Below, one piece after another: positions 48,401 to 60,400 of a stretch of 64,000 nucleotides of DNA (within the stretch, counting starts at the first letter, position 1; each line of letters starts with the position of its first letter). A program made the translations under genes and the position numbers. The notes under the pieces were generated by a model. That model was not told the DNA's origin. It saw only the letters and a list, made by a program, of their open reading frames with translations, and searched no databases. Source of the DNA: Lama guanicoe. Lineage: Eukaryota. The stretch covers positions 10,339,109 to 10,403,108 of the forward strand of contig MU054413.1 in NCBI GenBank assembly GCA_013239625.1. The letters run 5' to 3'.

Positions 48401-51400
48401 CGAACACATTACTTCTGGGAGTCTAGTCGGGGAGGGCTGCACACACTCAAATGCTGGGGGGCTGAGGAGGGGGGACTCAGAGGTGGTGGGGACTTGGAGA
48501 ACCAGAAGGCACGGGCCCTGGCTAAAGGGAACAGAGGCTACTCAGCTCCAAACTGGGGAGGGAGTGCCAGCATGGCACTGGCATAGCTTCCAGGTTTTCA
48601 AAAGGAATTAGGAATCCAGACTTTTATGTGGAATTAGGTGTTGATTAATAAAACTTAAAAAAAAATCATGTGCAGGCCAGTTAAAACACATCTGGCAGCC
48701 AGATATTGCCCGAAAGCCACTTTGTCCACACCTCTGGATTAGAGGGAAGGAAATAGGGCTCAGGAGCAGGAGGGAGCCATGAGGTGACTTGGTGGTCCCA
48801 GCAGGGAGAGGGCAGATGGGGAAGGGAGGGAAATTTCCAACTACCAGATAAAGAGGGAACATGCAAGCTGCATGTGAAGAGCGTGCTGGTTTGTGTCTGC
48901 AGCTTGGGTTTCTGCTGCAGGGTCTGGATGGTAAGCCTGGAGAGAAGGCCTCCAGCTCATGGACGGCCACAGGTACCCCTTAGGTTCACTGATGAGGGGA
49001 TGAAAATGGGGCAGAAGAGGCTCAGATTTTAGGAACCCCAGGCCAGGTCTCCCCTGACCCCTTCCCAGGCCAGACCCCATCTTCTCCTTCCCCAGGCCTG
49101 GGCCTCCAGGGCTCACAGGCCCATCTGCCTCCTAGTGTGCACAGGATCCCATGGGGAGCCTTGGGAACCTCACCACATTGCAGAGAAAATTCCATTTCAT
49201 CCTCTCTCCTAATCAGGTCTTCCCTCTTCTTGGTCCTAGACACGCTCCCGCATCTTAGGCAGCTGTCGGGACCGTACGCAATGAGCCCAGGCTTTGCAGC
49301 AGGACTGATTCCACCACTTACTAGCTCTGTGATTTGGCAAAAGTTACTCAACCTCTTTGGTGTTCCATTTCCTCAGATGAAAGTAGGAACAAGAACACCT
49401 ACGGCATCAAGATGCTGGAAGGAATAAATGAGCCAACAAAAGTGGTCCCCATCCTGCTTCTGGCCTGGCTAAGAACTGCCCATGTATCATTTTGGATTTT
49501 GTTCAGGGAGCTCTGTGACGTCCCAGAGCCCTAGTCTGCTCTCCTGTGAAATGGGCATAATAATGTCTACCACACTGTTCTCAGGGTGAAAACAAACAAG
49601 GCCCCTATCATCTGATCCCTCCCAAAATCTGTCACTCGGGTCAAGGCCTTATATGGACTCCCCATGCTTCCTCCTACCACAAGGCCTCTGCACATGCTGT
49701 TCCCTCTTGCATAAAATGCTCTTCCTTTTTGGCTGTGCAAACTCCTATATTTTCTGGGGATCTCAGCTTGAGTCACTTCCTCAGGGAAACCCTCCTCGAT
49801 TTCCCTGACATCTCATTATAGGCTCTCTCTTGGCATCTAGTGTGATAATCTGATCAATGTCTTTTCTGTTTGTGAAGGCAGAGGCTGCATCTGGTTTTGG
49901 TTTCCTGCCATATGTCCCCTGAGCCCAGCTCAGAGTCGGGCACATGGTAGGTACTCCCTCTATGCTACTACTCTCATCATGATCATGATGATGTTTGTGA
50001 CATGCTCCCAGCACTAGGGAGTCTGCATCAGTGAGTGAGGAGGGAGGGCAGGTACCAAGGCCTGTGGGAATTAGCTAAGGGTCTGTGGCCCCACCCAGGG
50101 CCTCATGGTCCAAATCACCTCCCCCATCAGGCAAAGGCCCCAGCGTGTTACTCAGAGCTCTTACGGCAGAGTCCCCCCTTCCCCCAGCCCAGCCTGCCCC
50201 CTTCCTGCTGTCTCCCCACCCCTCTCAGGGCCACGGAGCTGCTGGGACTGGGAGGAGTCAGGTGTAGGTGAGCTGTGGTTTAGGGGTTCCGGCCTCACAG
50301 AGGAAATGGTGGCACCTTTAAAAGGTCCCTCAGCCTGCCTCCACCCCAGCACCTCCAACAAATTTGGAGCTAACAGAGCTGGTGTATCTGGGGCAGTGGC
50401 TCCTGGGAGCCTCTGAGAGGAAGCCGTCGGGTGGGTCCTGCTTCCTGGAAGAGGGTGAGGGACTGTGGAAACACAGGGGCCCTCCCAAGAGTATGTACTC
50501 TAAAATGCCCTCACTTGCCCAAGCAGGGGAAGGGGCCAAGGCTTCCACGGCCTCGGGAGGAGCGTTCCTCCTGCTTCTCGGGCTCCTCTTGGCTTCAGCT
50601 CCTGGACTCAGGACAAGGGTGAGGGGCAGCTGGGCCCACTTTACAGATGAGGCTCAGTGAGAGGGCCTTCTGAAACTTAGATCCTCTGGCTGAGAAGGGC
50701 AGGAGCCCCAGCTGGGCGCTGCAGGACATGTGGCACCTGCTCACCATCTGCCCCCCGAGGGCTCTGCTCACTGGCTGCCCTCTGGGATCCCCAGGGAGCT
50801 GAGGGCAGCTGGGTGGGCTCACTGCTGCTTGTAGCCTCACTCACCCCAGGCTGGCCCCATGGACGGAGGAGGCTTTTGGGTACAGCCAAGCCACAATCAG
50901 GGCCACTGGCACTGGGCACTTCTAGGGAGCCGTGCGGCAGAGGATGCTCTTTGCCTAGACACCGGGTTGGTCTGTACCCTTTGGCTAAGGTGAAAGGGAC
51001 TCGGTGGGGGTGAAATTTGGCTATAACCAATGTTGATGATGAGCTGGAAACCCTACGTGGTCTACAGATGACCTCAGGACTGTCCGGCTGGGGCCCAAGC
51101 TGAATCGTGGTTAAAAGTTCTCATTATCATGGCAGAATGCCACCCCATAAGCAGCCCCTGGGGCCCAACCCCTAGCCTGAGGTCACCACCTCTCTTATTC
51201 TTCTAGGAATCTTGCCTGGTATCTCCGACCTCAGCAGTCACCCTTCCCAAAATGCATAAGGTCTTGGTGCCTTTACTTAGGGTCCTTGAGGGCAGTGACT
51301 CACACCGAGTGCCCACCGCTGCCCTTACCCAGCACTCCCCAGGCCCTGACCAGTGCCCCACTTCACACGACTTACTATAACACACTCCTTACACTGATCC

Positions 51401-54400
51401 CGAGAGAGGCAAGGGGTACCCTTTACAGATGCTACTCCTATCACCCCTTCCTACAAAGGGTTTCCAATCTGCCATTTCTGTCACATCCTCTGAGGAAGGG
51501 AGAGCAGCTGGCATGATCCCCATTTGAGACCCAAGAAAAAGCAGCACAGAGAGGTTGAGCAACTAGCCTACATTACATGGCCAGTGAGGAGCAGAGCTGG
51601 GTAAGGCTTCAGTGTTTCCTCCACTGTTTGTTCCACGTACTCCTTGTTAGTGCACCATTCACCCCAGGATCCCATGAGGGGCTCGGCAGGACATGCAGGG
51701 TAGAGAGAACAGAGCTGGATGTGGGGTACATGTCCAGGAGGGGCCTGGACTCAGGTGTGAGAGTGTATGGACTGGAGAGTTTGGGAAGGGTCTGAGCAGG
51801 GACCAGCTCCTGGCCTGCCATGTGCCCTCTCCCCAGGAGAGGCAGGAAGGCTCAGCACCATGCAGAGCCCAAGCCAGCACTGGCCACAGACAGTGCTCAG
51901 GGGAGAGCCCTGGTCCACAGACTACTCACCTTCTGTAGGCAGAGTGGCAGGAAGCGGCCGAGGGAGAGAAAAGGCAAAGAAGGTGGTTAGCAGTCCCAGC
52001 CCAGCACCCACTCCAAGCAGTGGTCTGCTGAGGATGCCATCCTGCCCCACCACCTGTCTGAGGTCTCCTCCCTGGTCCAGGCTGCCAGGGAAGGTGTGGC
52101 ATGGTTGGCCACAGTGCCATCCCTGGGCTACTGAAACCCTCACCCACTGCCTGGCCTGCATGTTGGGTGGCTGGTGAAGTTGTGGGTTTGGGGGCCATTG
52201 GGGCAGTGATGGGCTGTCCCTGTGGGGCTCTCACCTGGGGATCTACTCACCACAGTGGAGTCTACTTTGGGGCCGCCGTCATCTGCCACCACTGTCAAGG
52301 TGTAGAAGTCACCTTTCTCCCTGTCCACCAGGCCCTTGACTGTGATCACGCCCTGCAGGGAAGGTGCCAGATGGGCAGTGACATCATATACACCAGGCAG
52401 AACCTACCTTGTCCCCAAGCAGTCCCGTGCTCTGATCAAACTGGATTCCTCACCAGCCCTGAGCATCCTGCCCACTTTCCCACCTCCACATCACTTCCTC
52501 TGCTGGCATAACTTCTCTGTGAAGCTCTGTCTGTTGAAATCCTCCTTCTCTCCCAATCCTACTTGGACACCACCTCTTCCATGAAGGCTTCTTTCTCCCC
52601 TAGCCAGGTGCCACCACTCTCTTATATGGGCCCCAGAGGGGCTCCATTATATCTCTATTACAGTTCTTTTCATATCATCGCTTGGGGTGCTCTGATCTGC
52701 ATCCTTGATTATTTCCACTGCTACTCCTAGCCTAGGAACTCTTTGAGGGCCAGGAAGGGTCTTGTTCATCTTTGTATCCTCAGTATCCCCCAGGACAAGG
52801 CCTGGCACATCATAGTGATTACTGCCTTGCCTATTTACTTTTTCTTTTCACTTTGCCTATTTTCAAAGAAGGGATTCTGACTTGAAAAAAAAAAACACTA
52901 AAGAAAAGATGGAAGAGTAAGATCTAGGCAGTAGATAAGACATAGCTGCACCAGACACCTAAGACTAGCTTTTGCAGTAAAGCACTAAATTTATATGTGA
53001 GCTTCCTAACAGCCAGGGCAAAAAGGGAAACATGATGACTTGCATAGCTTTCATTGACTAACAAGAAAACACCAGGTTGCCTATGCATAATCTTTATCTT
53101 ACCCTTAAATATTAAACAGATGCATCACAAGGATGTTTATCTTTATGACAATGAAGAGAGTGCTATGCACATAGAAGGAACTCGATCAATACTGGCTAGC
53201 TTTAAAGGCACTGAGCAGCCTGCCCCCAGGTAGAGCCCTTGCTGTGCTTGCCCCTAGCCTCCCTCACCGTGATGGCATCTATCTTGAAGAGGGCTTTGGC
53301 CTGGGCGCTGGTGTAGGCGTCGAAGCGGTAGGTGATCTGGTTGAGGTTGTCGATGGAGTAGGCCTGGACCCGCACAATCTCGGTGCCCAGCGCCAGGTTC
53401 TCCAAGATGGCAGCCTCATAGGAGGCATTGGAGAATTGCACAGCCTCGTCCAGCTCATTGAGCAGAGTGATGTAGACACTGCAGAAGCCCTGGTTGAAGG
53501 GGGGTGCCTGGTCAGTGGCGGATACGTTCATCAGGTAGCTGGTCTTGGTCTCATAGTCCAGGTAATCCACGGTGATAATAAGCCCTGTGCTCTCATCAAT
53601 CTCGAACTTGCCCTCCGCGCCTGACAGGATGCGGTAGTTCACCAGACCACCATCCCCTGCAGGAGGACACAAGGGGCTCGGCAGTCCCGGTCGGGGTGGG
53701 CTGCCTGGGGCTTTCCAAGCTGCCCCAGTGCTCCCCTTGCTGTCCCAGAGGGACAGGGCGAGGGGCCTTGACTGGCTCACCCAGTATACACCACCCCTCC
53801 CCCACTCCTGTGGACCAGGTTGTCCCGAGGGACAGTACAGAGGACAGGGTCAAGGGCTATGTGGACAGCAAGTCCAGCACACTCTGTTGACCTCCTCTGG
53901 GGCCTGTCCTTGACATGAGGGGGTGGTTCTATTCCTGGAACCTTAAAATTCAAGCTCAAGCACTTCTCTTGGGTATTTGGACAAAGAGAGGGTGGGGAAA
54001 TTAGGGATCTCTTATAGTGGGGGCTTTGATCTAGAAAGTTTAGATGGTGCAGCATCTTTGGGGGTGGCTATGCCTTCATTTGGTCCCTCTGGCTGAAGGG
54101 TTCCAGTATCAGGGTTACCCTCCTCTGTTCTCCAGACTCCCTCCACCCCAAATTCCTGTGCTTTGTTGGAATACATCCTTCAACCAGAAGCTAGAGTTGG
54201 GATTCCTTAGCTGCAGTCCACATACTTCAAAGAGAATGGTTATAAAACCACTCAGGCAATCCCAGACTCCTTTGGAATTATTTGCAAAAGTCTGAATGGA
54301 CATGCATTTTTTTCTGGGGAGGGATCCATAGCTTTCACTAGTTTCTCAGATTCCTGGCCCAGAAAAGATCAGGAACCATTGGTCCACAGCAGCATATAGG

Positions 54401-57400
54401 ACCTGGACTGAGAAAATGTGCCATGTAAGGGAGAACAATCACCTTGGAGTTTTCTGGCCTATTTCTCCCTCTATCCTATCCTGTGCCCCAGGTGAGCTGG
54501 GGATACTGACAGGGGCTGGGTTGGGAGCCACCAGAGCAGCTGACATGAAGGAAGGGCAGGAGCTGGGAAACTAGGAGCAGTTTAGGTTGCCCAGGACAGA
54601 GGTCCTCTCTGGCCATAACCCTGGCCAGGGGCATAGGCCCATCTAGCCAGGCCCCATGACCTAGGTTGGCCACCTTTTTCCTTCATGTGGCACTGCTAAC
54701 TGTGGCCACCTCTAGGGCTTGGAGCCTTTGGAGAGGTCCGGGCTGCCTTCAGGGACATCCACTGCCCTGTAGAACAGGACACTGCCCTTGGTCAAATGTT
54801 TGTGTGCCAGGCCGTGAGCTGCGGCTGGCTGGCTGAGTAGCCCTCAGCCAGCTTTCAGACAAATCCTTTACCTTCCCCAACATCTGCCTAGTCCCTAGCC
54901 AGGCGGCTGGGAGCTGCCAGGACCTGCGGTGACAAATCTAGACTTTCCAAGCTGTGACCTCTCCTCTCTCCACCCAGAGTCTGGGACAACTCTCCTTGAC
55001 TCCAGACCTCCCAAGACTGAGAATCTGGTGGGGACACCACCAAGACTGTGCCAGGAGCCACTCTCCAGCCTGGAAGCCACTGAATGGGGGAGCCCGAGGC
55101 ATCCCAAGGATGACAACCCTACAGGAGAGGGAGGGATGAGCTGGGGTGGGTCACTCTAGGGAATGGACTCTCTGGTTTCCTCCTGCCGGACTCACCAGTG
55201 TCTCGGTCCGTGGCTTGGACAACAATGACTGATGTGCCAATGCCCGCCGTCTCGCGAAGCCCCAGGCGGCTGTACTGCTGCTGTGTGAACACTGGGGCCT
55301 CATCGTTGACATCTTCAATGTACACGATCACCTGTAGAAGCCAAGCCAGGGATGAAAGGTCAGGGTCAGGTGGGGACTGGAGAAGCCCAGGGCTGGGCCC
55401 GTCTGGATCTCTGTGTGTGGTCACTGCTCTCCTGGGCCAGCTATGAGCTTCCTATAGTCCAGTTGGTCACTACATGCCCCCACCTTGTACAGTACCTGGC
55501 ATGTGGCAGGTGTTCAGATACCACTTGTTAGGGAGCAAATCTCGTCTTACTCTTGGCTCTGCTTCAGATCCTGGGGGAACCTGTGGCTAATCAGTGAAAC
55601 GAGCCATCGAATTTCTCAGCTATGGAAGGGTAATATCAACATAATAGTTCACAACCTGTGCCACTCCTGTTATGAAGACAAAATGAGCCAGGGCCTCGTA
55701 AAAGTGCTTGAAAAAGTTTAAAGAGACCCCATTCAAATATCGACACACCTAGAAAAATAAACATGAAAATGTCAACCATGGTTGTAGCAGAGGAAGCTGG
55801 TGCTTAGACCCCTTTAGATGCTCACACAACGTACCTTCTCTGGCGCCCTCACTGCCAGCGGCCAGCACTGTGGCTCTTTGTGGGGAACTAACCCCAGCTC
55901 ACCCCACTCCACCCTGGCTGCTGGAGCCTGCACACCCAGAGAGCCAGAAGTGCCTGGAAATTACGTCCTGCATTGGCTAAGGCAGCCCTTAGCCAATGAC
56001 TGATGGGCAGCTGAGACGACTCTCTCCGGAGCTCCCTGTGGGACTGAGTCAGTGTCCCGTGTTCCACTTTGCTGGCTGCCTTTCCTTCCTGGTCCCACGC
56101 CCCTTCTGGCCTTTCCTGGGAACTCTTCCTACTAATCACACCAATCCATGTCTCAGGATTTGCTTCTGGAGACCCCACCCAAGACAGTGGCTATGTCAGA
56201 ATTGTGGAATTACATATGATTTTCATCACTGCTTACATTTTCTAATTTCTCTTTAATGAACATGTGTGTCTTAGATAACCAAAAACCACACAGTTTAAAA
56301 AATGTTTATGGAGAGAAATGTTATGGCTAGAGATCAGAACCACCACCCTTCTTTTTTGCGCCCCCCCTCCCCCAACACACATAGGCTCACAGAGGGGTCT
56401 GGCCCAGGTGTGGGCAGGACCAGGGCTATGTATAGAAGGACCAGTGTGGTGGGAAGAGGAGTTATAACCAGAGTGGTCGTGCTCTAGGAGCCACAGGGAG
56501 GACCAGGGCTCCTGCCTCTTTTCCCAGATGAGGGGACAGAGGCCCAGAAACGGGGAAAGACCTGCCCATGGCCTCACTGTCACTGAGGGCTGGAAAGAGC
56601 ACAGGGGTTCTGGTTCCCAATCTACCAACCCTACTGCTCTTTGCTGTATGCTGGGGATGAGCTGGCCCCAGAGCAGGAAAGACACCTCTTTTCAGCCTAA
56701 CAGAGCCAGGGCCAGCAGGAACCTGTCAGCAAAGCAGGCGGGAAGCACATGGGGCAGGGGAGCACACGAGGCAGGGGAGCACATGGTGCAGGGACAATGA
56801 TGCACAGCACAAACTTCACACATGGTCATCAGCACCAATGGTGGCACAAGGCCTCAGCTGAAAGCATGCATATTTGGTTTTTGATTGATCACTGCCACTC
56901 AGATCAGCCTCAGCTTCTCTTCTGGGGTTAGCTAGGAAACAGCTGGACAGAAGTGAAGGGGCTTCTGTTGGTATAAGCGGAAATGATGGCCTGACCAGTG
57001 GAGGACTGGGAGGTGAGTGGGGTGGCAGAGCCAGGGGGAGGAGAGACTCATGCGGGTAAAGGCTTCTCTACTTCCCCGCTCTTGGGGTTCCTGTAGCCCT
57101 GCTAGGTCATCAAATCTTCATGTCCAGACATCTAGAACACACTATGCAAACTAGGGTACCCACCCCTGAGCACAGCTGCTCACAAGCCGGAACCTAAGTC
57201 TGGCTTTGCCAACAACTTGGCTGGGAGATCCTGGGTGGGGTGGGTGTGGGGGAGAATTTGCATGGATGAATTTTAGGAACTCTCTTGCTATAAACAGACG
57301 CTACCCATCCATCTTTCGAAACCGTGAGCCTTCCCCTTCCCGAGTCTGCTTGTCCAAATGACCTTGACTCCAAGAGTCTGGGGGAACAGGGCTACGCTGA

Positions 57401-60400
57401 CAGTTCGATAAGAGGAGGGTGGCAGCATGGTGCCTGGGTGTGGCCCGTCCTCCATGAGGCTGGTTGCATGCCACTATCCTCTTGCCGGTTTCAACCTTGT
57501 TTTTAGCAGCAAAGAAAGGAGGCAAAATGGTGTGTGGTTTGCAAACCTGAGAGACACAGATGTACAGGAAACACCCAGATCTGCCAAGTTCTTACTGAGC
57601 AAGAGGGCTCAGCGACTGAGCTACTGGGCTCCCTGGAGAACCAGCCCCACTTTCTGCCCAGTGCTGCGCCCTCCAACGGCGATGAGGCAGGAGATGTGAG
57701 ATGTGTGTGCAAGCGCACGTGCGCAGGGCACATGTGAGGCCCCCAGTCTCTACGAGGACCAGTTCACTCTACGATCCCTAGCCCCTCATCTATGCTGCCC
57801 TGGTCTCTGAAGCAGGAACTGGAGAATGTAGGTGGTCCCTGCAAGTCAGCTCTGCTGCTGCGGAGAAAATGAGCCCAGGGCAAAGCTGGAGTCCCCACAC
57901 TGTCTTCAGGAAGGTCCCTGGCTTTCCTGAAGCTCAGGGGTGTGGGGGCCATCAAGCCCTGGCCCCAAGGGCCAGCAGCCAAATTCCCACCTTAAAATCG
58001 ATTCTTTGGGGATAAGGAAGCAGTAGTCTCTGTTCCGGAGCCCTCTGTGAGGCAGCATAGCGCAGTGGTTAAAACACACCTGAGCTGACTGCCTTGGTGT
58101 GAAGCCTGGTTCTATTGACCCTGACTGCTGTGTGACCCTAAACACACTGGCCAAACCCATCTTGCCTCAATCTCTCATCTGTAAAGTGGGTATAATAACC
58201 GTGCCTATCTCAGAGGGCTGTTATGAGGGTTGAATGAGTTCAAGCAAATGAGGTAATTAGCAAAGATCATGGCACAGAGTAAGAACTCTGTGAGGGTTTA
58301 ACACTCCTGGGTTAGAGGCGGCAGGCGCAGAGGGAGGGCGGCCGACCAGGGGCGGCTCTGGCGGCCCCACTCCCACACTGCTTGGCCCAGCCCGGCTACA
58401 TGCTGTTTTACACAGGATCTGGAGCGCTGCATACTATTTTGTTTTAAAAGGTTTGCAGCCACGATGCTGAGGCAGTGACAGGAGCAGGCACTGGAGAGAG
58501 GTACCAACCTGCTTCTGGGGCTCAGGGTGCCCTGGAGGGCTGTGGTTAGGCAGCTTGAAGTCCAGGGGGCCAACCCAAGCTATGCTGACGTCAGCCACCT
58601 GGGGCCTGAAGCTAGCCCCACAAAGGGCACGCTCTGAAGTGGGTACACCACTCAGCATGTAACTAAGTAATTCGCTGTCATGCAGGTGAGCGTGGCCGTG
58701 TGGGGCTGCCCCAGTGCACATCCAAGTACCTGTCTGACCCTCAGTCACCAGAACCCTGGAATTGTCCCAAACAGCCCCAAGGTCTATAACCCAAGGGATC
58801 TAACCCCTCAGCCATCTCCACTGGGGCAGATCTTACTCTGAGGGGCGGCCGTAAGGACCCAGGTTTCTCTTTCCATCTCTTCCTGGGGCACAGCTGAAAG
58901 GGGGTCCACAGCAGGAGACAGGTCAGGGCTGAATCACCCTCTCCCCAGCACATTTCTTAGCGTTGGTCACCCCAGGCAGGCTTTTGTTCACTGTTTCCAG
59001 CCAGAGGGAAACAGTGGGGTGGAGATGGGGCTGATAAGAGTAGCTGATTCTGCCCCACTCAGTTCTGGGTAAAAGTCCCTGCTTGCTCCCCACCCCAACT
59101 TTTCCCGTCTCCCTCCTACTCTTCACCTTTAGGGTCTGACTCACTTTCCACTTGGTTAAGGGGAAGGGGCTGTGAGCTGCTAAGTGCGTGGGAGGCGGGT
59201 GGGGGTGGCCTTGAGAGGTCATCTCAGTCAGCCCCCCGCCACAGGGCAGGAGAGTGCATCAGCTCAGCCAGTGGAATGTCTGGGTGCATGTTTCTGAGCA
59301 TCGGGAACACTGGAGTTGATGCGATTTCAGCTGCGTAGGGGAGAGGCCCGAGGTGAGTGAGGGCAGGCAGAAAAGAATGCACCCGATGAGGCAGCTGGGA
59401 GTGGTGACTGGAATATCTGGGGGACACTTTCAATGGAAAGAGTCCTGAACTTGGACTCAGAAGACCTGGGCTCAAGTCCTGGTTCTATCACTAGTGACTT
59501 CTCTGGGCCTCAGTTTCCTCATTTGTAAAATGAAGTTTGCAACATCTACATTTCTAGGATCACTTACATGAAATTTCCTTGGCCCACCCTGGATTGTTGT
59601 GTGGATACAGGGGGTTAGTATTGTAAGGACACCTCTTAGGTACCTTAGACATCAGTGTCACTGACCCCTTTCCACATCTGAAGAAACAGGCTCAGAGCAA
59701 AATGACATGTCCAAGATCCCAAGCTGGGCTGAGCCTCTGGCTGCTCCCCACTGCACCCTGAACTCCAGGAGTCATCTGGCACCTAAACCAATGATGGTCC
59801 TGCCTCCTGCCCTGGGCTCCAACTGGTGGTCATCTTCTATCCACCTGTGGCCTTGGCCCAGCCCTGAGATCAGCACTGAAGAGGATGAAGGACTTCATAA
59901 TGAGTCACCCCAATGCGCCCCCCTCCAACTGTGTCCCCAGCCTTACCCTGACAGAGCTCCGCATAGGGCCCAAGTCGTGGTTGTAGGCCTCCACTATCAG
60001 AACGTGGGATGAGTTCAGCTCCCGGTCCAGGGGCCGGGGCCCTCGCATTAGGAGCCCATTGCTGATGTGGATCCGGAAGTTGTTGCCATGGTTACCTGGG
60101 TAGAGAGACAGATGAGCTGCATGGGCTCTGCCCTGGAGAATGATGCTCATGGGATCATGGGGGTCCAGACCCCCTAGAATGCTGACCCTGCCCAGAGGTC
60201 TTGGGAGCTTGGCCAAAGCCCACAATGGCAAGGAGGCTCTGCCTCATGCTGCCCTAGCCTAACAGGATTTGACAGAGGAGGCAGAAGCTCACCCTGTGTC
60301 CTCCTTATGGGAAGCCTGGAGGTCCCCTAAGAACCTAATACCCAGAGGTATCAATGGATTCAATATTTCAGAGGAATCTGGGGCATTACAAAGAGAGGAA

